Source: Lama guanicoe (Eukaryota). Taken from it: DNA of 64,000 bases. The DNA is taken from assembly GCA_013239625.1 (NCBI GenBank), contig MU053652.1:7897027-7961026 (forward strand), in the 5' to 3' direction. Both the position numbers and the translations under genes were made by a program. Under the pieces are notes generated by a model. The model made no database searches and was not told the origin of the DNA. It was given only the letters and a program-made list of their open reading frames with translations. Position 1 is the first letter of the stretch. Each line of letters starts with the position of its first letter. Of the stretch, positions 25,350 to 37,210 are shown in pieces.

Positions 25350-25520
25350 TTATATAATTTTAAGCTGAAAAAGACTTTAGCAATCTTTAATTGATTCCTT
25401 TCATTTCATGAATCAGTAAATGAAAGCATACAGAAGTTGAATAACTTTGCTAACATTACGTGGCTAGTTAATATCAGAACTCAGATTAGAACAGCTAATC
25501 TGTTTGCCCTAGCAGCTGTT
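25350..25520 (-). mobile_element. MIR-family SINE fragment
   Basis: AAGCTGAAAAAGACTTTAG...GAAGTTGAATAACTTTGCT...GGCTAGTTAAT. Confidence 0.55.
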
Positions 25521-25699
25521 TTGCCAGATGTGAACAATGAAGACTTTGTGCCTATGGATTCTACACGATCTAGGCCTTAAACTGAGAAGAATAAATCCCT
25601 CCCAGAAGAGGCATGGGACTCAGGTACAGTCTGACATACGATGCTCTATGTTACCTGCTGCGGGAGTGGGAGGAAGGTGGTTGTAAATTTAATCCTCTG

Positions 25700-25885
25700 G
25701 ATGTCCTCATGAAACTCTGTTCGTCATAATCACCAGGAAGGCTTCTTTAAACATGGACTGGTGAGGCCTACCCTCAGCATTTCTGATTTAGTTTCTGATT
25801 CAAAGTAGGGCCTGAGAATTTGCGTTTCTAACAAGTTCCTAAGTGACGCTACTGCTGCTGGACAAGGGAACCACATTTTGAGCAG
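25700..25885. mobile_element. MER5A (hAT-Charlie)
   Basis: AATCACCAGGA...GGGCCTGAGAATTTGCGTTTCTAACAAGTTCC...ACCACATTTTGAG. Confidence 0.8.
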
Positions 25886-27389
25886 GTCCATCTCTCAAAG
25901 TCCCTGTGGGTGGCCACTCTACTGCATTTTGTCCTGGTTCTTTTTCTCCCTCCAGTATTTGCCTCTAGAGCTGCTTGTCCAGACCAAGTCAAGCCTTGAT
26001 TCAGTGTTCTGGCAATCATATCAAGCTAAAAATGATTATTCCCAGAAATCCCTAACAACATACCCCAAATGTCTCCTCTCAGACTGGACCCTTGGATACC
26101 TATACCTGCTCAGAAAAAAACAAAAAATTGCTTCATGCTCTGGACTTGCATTAGTTTGCTGGCCATTGAAGGTGGAGACTTACTCCTGCCCACTGCTGTT
26201 AGCCACAACCCCTCTCCCTGCTCCCACTAGGTTGTGTGCAGATTTCTGCAGATTGTATTTGCTCATCAAGCGCCCTCCGAATATCACATGCTCGGTACTG
26301 TGTGGAAGAATCTGGGCGAGACAATACGTTTTCTTCACTTGATTTCAGAGCATATTTAACTATCTTTGAACCTTATGAAAATGTTCATATATTGTGCCTT
26401 GAATCAGAAGTGATCACTTGATTTGCAATATACATTTAATATTGTATAGGTTCAATATTAAGAATAAGAACTTATCAAGATGAAAAAGACATGCTCCCAG
26501 CTCTCAGAGAGACTAATAATGGAGGAGACAAACATTTAAAAAGTAGTAATAATTTCTAAATAGAAAATCTGCATACACTGGCTTTGACGACATACTATGA
26601 TATATTAAAATGGTGTAACTTTCTTTAATGGACCAGCTAGACAGCTATTCATATATAAATGACATCAAAGTGTACAACTCTAGAGTACCAATCCATTCAA
26701 CCAATACCAACTTCCCAAGGGCAAATAACCTAGTTAATGTGGAGGAAAAAAGACATTGCCAGATCTTATTAAAGAAAAAAAAAAAAAAAGGAATAAAAAG
26801 GACTGCTTACTTTTAAGAGACAAAGGTTTACAATTCTTTTATGTATATATGCAATATATAGCATATATAGCAGTATACAACTGCTACCACTTACAAAATT
26901 GGAAGGCAAATAGTATTTATGATTATATTCTATATCATCGCTTTGTCTTTAAAAAGACCTCCTCTCCAGTCCTCTAGGGTCTTAAAGCTCTTACTGTCTC
27001 TTGCCATCCTCTCCCCAATTGAATTAACTAGTTGCTGAGTATAAATACTCTTCCTATGTTCGGATTTCTGACCTTACGAATCTGTAGATCCCTAAAGTTG
27101 AACCTGAAATCTCAGGCTCTCTTGCACCTAAGGCACAGGTTTGTGACTTTTTTCTAAACAGTTAAATCCCTGAGCAACTGTGACCTCAAAGCACCTAAAG
27201 AAGTAGGTGGCACAATGAATCCATTCTGGCAAAGGTGGCAGCAGAAATAGACTAAAACCAGAAGGATTTTAGTTTCTAGTTCCCAACTTTAGCAGTGGAT
27301 TTATGGTGTTTGTGTCCAAGGATGACAACAGATGAGAGTTCACTGGAGCAGTTTTGAGAGTGAAGCTTGGGTATAGTTTATAGTTGCAC

Positions 27390-28620
27390 AGATAATGAAT
27401 CAGGAGGTTTAACATTCAGAAAGAGAAGGAAAGAACTGTGTGGAGAAAATGGTGAGGAAGTAACGTAAGAAAACTTTCCAGTACTAAAGGATATGAGTTT
27501 TTAGGTAGAAAGGGTCTTTGAAATACCCAGTACAATGAATGTAAAAAGATCCCACTATGGTACACTATCAAATTTCAGAATTCCATGAGCAAACAGAAGA
27601 TCCTAAAAATGTCTAGAGATAATAAAAAGTCATATACAAAGGATTAGAATCAGAATAACACCATCGTATTTCAACAGCAATGTTAAAAATTAGAAAACAG
27701 TGGAATAACACCTTCAAATTCTGAAAGAAACTGATTTTCAATCTGAAATTCCAGACCCTGTTAAACTATTAGCCACTTGTGAGATTAGAATAAGACATTA
27801 TCCGATGCGCAAGGTCTCAAAAATTTAACTTTCTACACATTTTTCTAGGGAAGTCACTAATGGATATATACTACCAAAACAAGGGAATAATCCAAGATAG
27901 ATAACATAGGATCCAAGAAACAGAGGGCCCAACACAGCAAAGAGGTGAAGGGAAATCCCAGAAAACAGCCGTGTAGTCAAGAGGGCAATAGTCTAGATTA
28001 ACACAGGATGGTGGAGAGCCCTGGGAGAGAGGTCTCTGATAAAAAAAAAGAAACAAACAAAGAGCAATGCCAGTACATCTAATGATACATTTGAGCACGT
28101 GGAAAATAGCATGGGGAGGGATTTTATAGTTGTTAAAGACATGGGAAAAATAATTCAACAGAAGAAAATTTGAGGTTATCATTGAGGGGGGTGGAATCTA
28201 ACAAAGTTAAAGCAGTACAAGAGTGTAAATACTATAATCATAGTGCAATACTTGACTCATTAGAGGATAACACACAATGTTCTATGTGATACTGACTGAA
28301 ACACGAATTGTGTTTTGACTATACTGGGGGAGGAAAAATAGTGGAGCAGTAGTTTAAGAGAGATAAATCCTCACTATATATAATAGGAAGTTAATATATA
28401 ATGCTTTAAATTGATCAATAGTAGCTCAGCATATTATTTAGAAATACACATGTAGATATCAGAAGAAATAGTTCAAAGTGAATGACGCTGGGAAAGCAAA
28501 TGGGGATAGAGAAGGAAGTATGGAGCTTCTGGTTTTGTTGTTGTTTTAAGCTTTGCAGTACTATTTCATGTTTTAAAGCATGTAAATGTCTCACTTTTAT
28601 AAAACTAAAAATTGATTTTA
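27390..28620 (+). mobile_element. HAL1 (Half-L1)-like element
   Basis: Decayed L1-ORF1-like sequence (AAATTTCAGAA...AAGATCCTAAAA...CCTTCAAATTCTGAAAGAAA) followed by non-ORF2 HAL1-type 3' sequence (GGATCCAAGAAACAGAGGG). Confidence 0.7.
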
Positions 28621-28624
28621 GAAA

Positions 28625-28735
28625 AGGTATATGCATTTTTGCAATATGTACAGATACTGAATTATGTTGTATATCTGAAACTAATATAGTGTTATATGTT
28701 AATTATATCTCGATTAAAAAAATAAAGAAAATAAA
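28625..28735 (+). mobile_element. L1MA-type 3' terminal fragment
   Basis: TTATGTTGTATATCTGAAACTAATATAGTGTTATATGTTAATTATATCTC plus A-rich tail. Confidence 0.75.
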
Positions 28736-31279
28736 CTTAGACTTCAACTCAAATAGAAAATGAACTGATAAACCCGAAGTAGAAAAGAGTAATAAAAATG
28801 AACACAAAAATTACTGAAATAGAAATAACAAACTTGATCAATTTAACAACAAAAAAGCTGTATGGTGGAAGAGTCCATATCCTCCACCCCAATACTTTCA
28901 GTGAGGTAATGGGGACACATGGCATCTTCAAATCATCACAAGTATCCAAATTGCCTACTCATCCAAAACGTAGACTGACCTTGAGCATACTGTAATAAAG
29001 AAGCCAATGTTTTCCCCCTCTCATCTGGAATAATTAAACTGAGAGTCCTTGAATATTCATTAAATTCAAAGAGCAGTGGCAAAAAAATCAGTAAGCAGTA
29101 TCCTGGGAACTATAACATATGTAAGTCTTCAAATCATTTCTTGAATAAATATATATATTAGGTACCTAGAGACTAGTGACAGTGGCTGTATAATGGTAAT
29201 AACTATCACTGGTAATTCACTAGCATATAAGAATTCAATTTTCCACTAAGATCAATAAGAAATCAGAATGGCTTATAAGTAAGCTGTCTATTTCTAAAGA
29301 AGTAAGCTCCAGAGAGACTTGTACCAGAATGAACTTAAAAGGGAGAGGGAGGAGATAATCATTTGCCAGCTCCCTTTTCAAATTTTAGTTGATGAAAAAT
29401 AAAACATTTAACTTGAGGACTAGGACAAATTCTCTTAAACAATGCTGTATGCAACATTTCCATAAATGTGCAGAGATATTTTACAGCATGAACATTTTAA
29501 ACTCATGGTACTTGGAGGTTGCATGGGGTAAGTAACATTTATCACCCCTGCAGTATCCAGGTTTGCTGCTGTTCTGTCTCTGTAACTCAGTTCTGCCATG
29601 GGAAGGTGGCATGTCAGTACCAGTAATTACAGCTACAATGGCTGCTGAATGCTGTAGATCCCCTGTGTGCAGCTACCTCTACGTTCCCCTATAATGAAGG
29701 GTGTCACTACATTTTAAATGATTAACATTAGCAAGGGGAACAGAGTGTTTCAGAGGACTTGTAACAGTACATTAATAATGATATTTGTAAAGAAGAAAAG
29801 CGATCAACAAAGCACCAGGACAGGAGAAACTGGCAAAGTATAATGATAACGACAGGGAATGCATCTGAAAATATGCCCTCATTTCCATAAATGAGCTACC
29901 CCAATATTCTGTGTTACAATGAGGACTTTACCTTAAAGGATCATAGCAAAGAAAGAAGAAAATAAAAGACCTAGAATAGATTCTAATGGAGTCAGGAGAA
30001 GTCAAATAGGAAAAGTTAAACAAGAATTCCCTTATTCTTAATGAGATTCATAGACATTTTAATACAGCATATGCATTTTATATGTATAGGAAGATAAAAT
30101 CACTACAGTTTTCTTAACCTAGCTTGCAAACTTCAAGATACTTAGTTGAAGGGAAATAGAATACTTCTTACTTCCTGGATCAAATCCAATCTCTCAAACT
30201 GGGTAAGAGGAATTTGAGATAAGAAAATAACTTGCCAAAGAAAACAGAGAGAAAGATGTCTTGTGTTCTGCCAAATAGAGGATATGCTATCAAGAATAAA
30301 AGGAAGAAGGGGACTTGCTAAAACTTTTGAAACAAATACAGCTGGTACTGCTTGGTCTCAGGATGAACGTGGAAAAATGGAATCCTTGTATGAATGGTAA
30401 GGGGAGGGGAAATCCAAATATTGCTTTTCACATGCTCATAAGAGCAAGGAAGTCCTATTTCCAATGCAATGTTCATACTTACATTTTCCACATTTTAAGA
30501 ACAAAGACTTCGAAAAACCCTAGAGAAAAGCAAAAGTAACAATAAAGAGGTTAAAAAAAATAAGAACTTAAAACTGCAATTTCGTGGACAAAATCATATT
30601 TAAAATTTTGCAGAAAAGTTAAAGAAATGGTTTGGGCTTGAAAAAAGGTCTATGATGGTTTAATTTTCTGTCCTCGTTCTAAAGAAAAAAGAACAAGGGC
30701 AAATAGAAAATTGCATTTAGAACAAGATAAAATATTTAAAATTTCCTGGAAGAAAAAAAAAGTCATTAAAACAATAAATAGGCTAACAAGGTTGTGAAAG
30801 GATTGAAACTCACAGATTCTCCAACTCCTAGCTACTGTCCATTTGTCCGTCCTCCTCTAGCTTTTTTTCCCCACAGTCCTTTTTTACATCTCTCTCTTCT
30901 ATCTTCAAAATGGTTTGGTGATCTACAAGTTTTAAAAGTAGGCATTCTAGTACAAAAATTGCTAACTTTTAGTTTTTATTAATTATAAACTATGATTCTG
31001 TCTCTAGATTTATAGTTTCTAATAGTTTTATAATTTTAGCATACTTGGATATATACAGCCTATGTGGCTTAATATATAACCTCATTAGAAATTCTGCTAA
31101 CAAAGAAATTATGCCCACAAGTCACCACTATATATTTGGAGAATTATGTAGAGTTCTAAATAGGAACGACAGATTTTGAAGTAGTAGGCTTAGACAGAAC
31201 AAAGGTAAAAATACTCATTTCAACTCAACGCTTATTCTCTTAGCTAAGGGAAGTCAGAGCAGACCACAGACAATGACGG

Positions 31280-31520
31280 TCAATGACAGACAAATAGTAT
31301 TTGAGTAACTACTCTGTAAAGGGTACTTTACATATGTTATCTTGGTAAATTTTATAACTTTGAAGTAGGTTTAATTATCTCTTGTCTATACTACACCTTT
31401 ATTAAATAGAAATTATTTCCATTTTATGGATTAGGAAACAAACTCAGAAAAGCAACTTGTCCAAAGTCCATAGGGTTATAACGGCAGAACAAAAGCTGAA
31501 GGTCTACCTGGAGCCTATGC
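31280..31520 (-). mobile_element. MIR SINE
   Basis: TATTTGAGTAACTACTCTG...TCCATTTTATGGATTAGGAAAC...ACTTGTCCAAAGTC. Confidence 0.65.
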
Positions 31521-33153
31521 TTTTGTTACAGGTTTGAAAATATTAAGGCTCTAATTTCTACTTCTCAAGAATTTATAATGCTTTCCATTGTCACTGTGGT
31601 TTTAATTTATAGGAACCTCACTTTTGATACAAAAGAAAAACTGATTTAGCTTCTAAGTTTACACTGTTAGTTCTGTAATTCAGGGGCAACTCTTGGTTTA
31701 TATTACTACTATTGCCTTTCTAAACTTAATTATGTTATAAAAGGTCTGCTTGCTTTTTATTTTTTTAATCACTTTCCCCCCAACATTAATCAAGTTTAAC
31801 TCTGAAATATCCATATTTTACGTGAGGACTCCTGGGACCATATAATCTCATTCTCCTCTGTAGCTGTATTCCTGCTTAGCTAATTTCATTAACGGAAGCT
31901 TTAATTTTAAATTTCTATAATATTTTCAAAGTGTATTGATAATGGTTTTTCAATCTGTGTTTAGTACATCCAAGATTTGTACTGGAAGCTTTCAGAAATG
32001 TTAAAATCAATTCTACTAAATGCTATTTGGCATAGGATAGATGTCTTAAGTTTAATACATGGTAACTTTTCTGCTTACTGAAATTGAATAATAAGCAAAC
32101 ATGATGGTAAAGTTTACAAAATCAATGCTAATTTGTTTAGAGTAGAGATGTCGGATGCTTATTCTATAATTCACTGCAGTGGATTTTATCATTCCCATAT
32201 CCCAAAACTTCGTTTTAAGACAGTTGTCTAGTATTTAATTTATTGAACAAAGGGGGTTATCCTAGGAAATTTTCAATATTTTAAAGTATGCGAATTAAAA
32301 TAAATTCCCGAGATTAATTTCTAAGGATTAAATCAGATAATGTATTTTCCTGGGTGACATCCCAAAATGGGTACAGTCATTTTGGATAAAAAGAAAACAA
32401 AGTCTTTGGGGTTTGAGAGGAAAAAAAAAGATGAGAGGAGGTAAAAAATGGAATATGTTCCAGTTTACAAAACGGGGGAAAATGTGTAGAGGACCCTTCA
32501 GAGAAAAGAGCCTGAATTTAAATATCACAAATACATTTATCCTGCGAGACACACCAGCGGGCGGTAGAAACCTTTCCTAAGTGCGTTTGTTTTTTGTAAA
32601 ACCCATCACCAAGATCTCTTTCAACATACTGGGACAGGCCTGTTTCTCCACTCCCACTGCTGAAGTTAGGACAAAGTGTGAAAACCCCAGGCACCTGCGG
32701 CTCTGACGAAACCGGCGAGGAGCACAGGGGAGCGCGTCGCTTCTCCCATTTTCCGTCTTCAGATTCCAGAGCTTTTTGACAAGCGGTGTCAGTGTCCGGC
32801 GGCGGCGCCCCAGAAATAAGAGCTATTCCGGGGAGAGGGACCTGGGTCTGCACTGATGCTTTGCAAAGGTGTGCGTCCGCAGAAGATGCCAGCCGCCTCC
32901 TCTCTCTAGGCCGCTGCCGCCCGGCCGGAGCCCCGGAGAAACGCGCCTAGAGGCCGGAGCCCGCGCGGACCCCAAGCCCCGCGTCTGACCCGGCAGCCCG
33001 CGTCTCGGCCGGAAGGGGGCGTGGCCTGGGGCCGGCGCGGCGAGGCCAGCCGCGGCGTGGGGTTGTGGGGGTTCCTCCCGGGGCCCGGCCCGCAGTGTTT
33101 CCGGCGCGCTCCCCCGCGTCTTGCGTCCTGTGGTCTCGCCCGTCCCCGCTGCC

Positions 33154-33219
33154 ATGTTGGATTGTGCGGCCGCCGCCGCCGCCGAAGGAGGGTTGGAGGA
33201 GGAGGAGCTGGGAGTTTAG
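33154..33219 (+). other. uORF1 in WASL leader (21 aa, MLDCAAAAAAEGGLEEEELGV)
   Basis: GCC ATG T context, TAG at 33217-33219; only a uORF if the TSS lies upstream of 33154. Confidence 0.55.
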
Positions 33220-33359
33220 CGCAATCGCCGGAGTGCGAGGACAACGACCATCCGGCCAGAGCCTGGCCCGGCGGGAGCTGGGCGCTTCCCTTCCTCAGCG
33301 CGACCCGCCGTCGGCTCCTCCTTCCCGTGGCCTCCTCCCCGCGCCGGAGGAGCTGCGAG

Positions 33360-33374
33360 ATGCTGCGCCTCTGA
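33360..33374 (+). other. uORF2 in WASL leader (MLRL)
   Basis: GAG ATG CTG CGC CTC TGA; out of frame with the main ATG and ends 97 nt before it. Confidence 0.65.
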
Positions 33375-33471
33375 CTCCCCTCCTCCCGCCCCTGTCACCG
33401 AGAAGGGGAACGAGCGCTCGCCCACTCGCCGGAGGAGACGGCCCTGGCCTCCCAACCCCGCCGGCGAAATC

Positions 33472-33588
33472 ATGAGCTCCGGCCAGCAGCAGCCGCCGCC
33501 GCCGCGGAGGGTCACCAACGTGGGGTCCCTGCTGCTCACCCCGCAGGAGAACGAGTCCCTCTTCACCTTCCTCGGCAAGAAATGTGTG
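33472..33588 (+). CDS. WASL: WASL (N-WASP) coding exon 1, 39 codons, phase-0 donor
   Basis: Translates to MSSGQQQPPPPRRVTNVGSLLLTPQENESLFTFLGKKCV, the recognisable N-WASP N-terminus; context GAAATCATGA; donor GTG|GTCAGT at 33589. Absent from the ORF track because the frame stops soon after entering the intron. Confidence 0.97.
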
Positions 33589-34929
33589 GTCAGTGGCCGG
33601 GACCCGCGCCGTCGCCCCCGACCTTAGCTCACGGGCCCGGGCCCTGAAGGCCGGAAAGTGGGAGTGGGGAAGGAGGCGGGAGCGGCGCGGGGAGGGTCGG
33701 GCTGCCGGCCAGGCCTCCCGCCGGCCCCCGGCTCCGCGTCGACCCTCTGGCGGGGCTTCCTGGGTGCGGGCAGTGCGGGCCGGCCGGACGCCGCTTCCCG
33801 GACCTGGCCGGGAAGCAGGGAAGTGTCACCTCCGCGGGCCTGCCCTGGATCTCTGCTCCACCAGGCCCGCGTCCGTGCCCTTGCTGCTGGTTCAAACTTT
33901 ACTCTCAGGCCACAGGGGTATCTTCTTGCAGGGCTGCCTGATGTTGGTAACCGGGGCCCTGTACTGGCCCTCACTTCTCCTCCTACGGCCTCATTTGGGA
34001 GGACCTTCCATCACAATGCTAGAGGTCTCAGGAGTGGGTAGGTCGGGGACGGAAGCCCAGATATGAATGAAGGGGACCATAAAGTGGTTTTTAATCCCCC
34101 TTGAGGATCTCGGGAGGGAATGAAGTCGAGTGCATTGGTTCGGAACGAGGGCAGGAAATGCTTCTGTTCCCCACTGCAGAGAAACAAGGTTTATTCTTCC
34201 AGCAGTCTCGCCCAGGCCTGGTTTCTCCACCGTTTTTTGTTTTGTTCCGTGTTTTGCGTTGGTGGGAGGAGGATATGCTGCTCTCCCACAACCAAGCGCA
34301 GGGGAACCGCAGTCTCCAGCAGTTCTTGACCTTTGAGGGCCTGAGAAGGGTTCTTAGGTTAGTGCTGTGCGGCCTGTTCCAACCCCAGATGGCCGGTTGG
34401 GATCGAGCAGTTCTGCTGTGGGAAGGGGAGTGTGTGTTATTGACGGAAGCATTCATTACATTGGCTGTTGGCACTTCTGGGGGTGGGGAGGTTCTGCTCT
34501 GTGGTGTAGGCCTTGTTAGGCTGCATCTTACTCTGGTGGCTGGGTTGAACTGTGGTTGAGTTTGTTGAAACGCTGTTGGGGTCCCTTTCTCCCCTCTTTA
34601 CTGGCGAGCACCTGCAGAGTATGTGCCACTGGAACCCAGGAACCCTGAGGGAAACGTCACCAGAGCTGTACCTTTTACGGCTTCTCTTAGTGTTAAATGT
34701 GTCACATCAGGCTGCACTTGCCTGTTTAAGAAGTTAGGATTAGACAGTTTCTGGGAAGTTACCAGATTAATTGTTAACTTTATAGTTACCCTTTGTATCC
34801 TGTGCCATCCAGTTGGAGATTGAATCATTCTATGCAATTCAGATGTGTTTGATTTCAGAAGTTAGACCTAATTAGAAGAATAAAATGAAGCGGGCTAAAA
34901 GTCAGAATTTGGGGAGACAGTTGTAAAGA

Positions 34930-35075
34930 CAGTCAAGCCTCCTCTCCTACACACACTTTAAACAAATGAGCAGACTGAGCCAGTGAGCCCTAAGTCACAC
35001 AACAATTTAGTCATGTAACCAGAACTAGAAAACCAGGACTCCTGATGTCTAGTCTCTTGTGCTTTTCACTACATC
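34930..35075 (-). mobile_element. MIR-family fragment
   Basis: AAATGAGCAGACTGAG...AAGTCACACAAC...CCAGGACTCCTGA. Confidence 0.55.
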
Positions 35076-36099
35076 GTATTGTTCTGGGAAAGTTTTTGTT
35101 CTTTCTTCTTACTGATTTATTTCTAAAAGTGGTGTTAAAGGAGTAATCACTTCTTTTTTTCAAAAATATATAAATTTGGGATATAATTAAACTGTAAGAT
35201 TCTTAAAGCAGCGCTAATTTTTGCATATTTTCAATTTAGGAAAATCTCCAGCTCTTTGAAAATGACATTATCTGCTTATTACTTCACTTTGTAATCTGTG
35301 TCAGAAAAGAAGTAGTTGTACTATGTGTTGCATACCAGACACATTAACTTCAAATAGGAAGGACATGACATTTACTCACAAGTATACTGACTGACTGCTC
35401 TATGCTTACCTGTAATGTTTACTGGTTTCAAAAAAATGACATGTGAAAGAATACAGTGATAGAGCAAAATAGTGTTTCTTACTGGTTAATATAGGTGGAT
35501 TGCCAAATAAGCTGTCAGTATTCAGTGCTTAATTTCTTTATGTCATCCATTATTAATCAACCTTTTGAATTTATGTCATTTAGAACCACACTGTTAGAGT
35601 TACCTGCTCTTCTGGTAAGAAATTGTTGCAATGATTAACTTTAATATTTGACATCTCCAAATATTAGAGAGTACAGAATGATATTTTAATTTTCTGGAAC
35701 AATCTTTTTTTTTCCCCTTTGCTGACAATGCAGTTTTTTGTTTTTGTTTTTGTACAGTGCTGAAACACATTCTCTCATTAAAAAAAAATCAAACAGTAAG
35801 ATTTACAGGTCAGAACAAATTTGTTAAGCAAGAGTGTATTCAGAGTTCTGTCTAAGAATTCAAGAAACAAGAGTCATTATAGTCCCAGCCCTAAAGGAGT
35901 TTCATTCCTTCTTTCACTCAACAAAAACTCAAGTAACTAAATGTTGAGGTCAAAATCAGGGTTGATGCCTGCTCTCAGGGAGCTTACTGTGTCTAAAAGT
36001 GGAAACAAATGTGTAAATTGATGAGTAAGTCAATATTTCAGAGTGATGTGTGAGAGGCTGCATGTCACAATGGAAAGTATCTTGGCTTTGTGATCAGTA

Positions 36100-36260
36100 G
36101 ACTGGGGATCAAACTCATATGGTCACTTTGGACAAGTTTCTTAAGCCCCCTGTTTTAGAATTGGTTTTCTCATTTCTAAAATAGGGTTTCTGTCTCATGG
36201 GGTGGCTGGCTGGATTAGAAGGACTATATGTAAATATATGGATGGTGTTAGTTTTATAAA
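36100..36260 (+). mobile_element. MIR SINE
   Basis: ACTTTGGACAAGTTTCTTAA...TTTTCTCATTTCTAAAATAGGG. Confidence 0.65.
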
Positions 36261-36829
36261 GGTTTAGGAGATCAAAAGAGAGGATGAGTAAAAGCTTTTT
36301 GGAATGGGTGATACCTGAATATTTAAGATTAATAGGGATAGTCATCCTCGGATGCTCAAGTCCCTTGTGGTCAGCCCTCTGTGTCCAGAGATTCGGAGGG
36401 CCGACTGTACTCCCCAGGTTGATGAGAGGTGGCAAACAGCTTGGGAAGTCAGCGGACCTATGTTGTGGAGCAGGGAGGATTTCTGTTAGGGTATTGCATT
36501 GGAGGCATTAGGGAGATTGTTACAAATACATATGTCTAGGCTGTGGCTAGATAGTATTCAAATTCAGTGGGTGAGGTGGAACTTGGGTGTTTCTGTTTTT
36601 AGCCAGTAGAAGGCTCTAACATATATCACAGTTTGAAAACCACTGCTGAAATCCACTGTTTTCTAAGAGGGTAATCCTGAAGCATATTGGCAACATTAGT
36701 AGGTTTTTCCTCAATATTTGGTTCATATTTTGTCAGTTAAGGTTTAGTTAAGTTAAAACAAGCTCTGATAGTACAGCATTTCCTTAACCCATTAAAATAT
36801 CAATGTATATTTCATAAATGTAAGAGAAA

Positions 36830-37210
36830 GATGCAGCTGAGAAAGTATTGCCCTAGTTGGTAGGGTACCACATGATCAGATTTGACTTTTAGGAAGTTAG
36901 GGAGAAAGGTGCAGGCACTATAGAGGGTGGACTGAGAGTTGTGAGAGTGGAGGAAAAGGAGATTATATCCACAGCGGTCCATATGAAATATGATGAGGGT
37001 CTGAATTAAGGCAGTGCTGGTAGAATCAAGGACAAAAAGATTCCAGTAGGATTTCATCCCCCTTAGATACAGAGCATGAGGGAAGGGAATTGGGGAAAAG
37101 GCAGGTATGAAAGCATCAGCAGAAAAAGTATGCAGAAACGTACATGTGTCACTAGATGGAAATATGCCCAGATGTAATTGAGACTCTAGGTTGGTGATTA
37201 GTTTCATGGA
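36830..37210 (-). mobile_element. L2 LINE fragment
   Basis: CATGATCAGATTTGACTTTTAGGAAG...ATGATGAGGGTCTGAATTAAGGCAGTG...GATGGAAATATGCCCAG. Confidence 0.65.

Larger units (their letters stand above)
32540..33900. promoter_or_regulatory. WASL: CpG-island promoter and 5' leader of WASL
   Basis: Abrupt switch to GC/CpG-dense sequence; ETS core CCGGAAG 33009-33015, GC box GGGGGCGTGG 33015-33024, YY1-like GCTGCCATGTT 33148-33158; no obvious TATA box. Confidence 0.9.

Noticed and set aside
25878..26342. 154-aa ORF
   Set aside because: TTG start at a MER5A edge, no recognisable domain or exon structure.
32823..34559. Many overlapping 70-160 aa ORFs on both strands around the CpG island
   Set aside because: Arg/Pro/Gly/Ala-rich products are expected from stop-poor GC-rich DNA; none resembles a known protein, and the real exon is a shorter frame.
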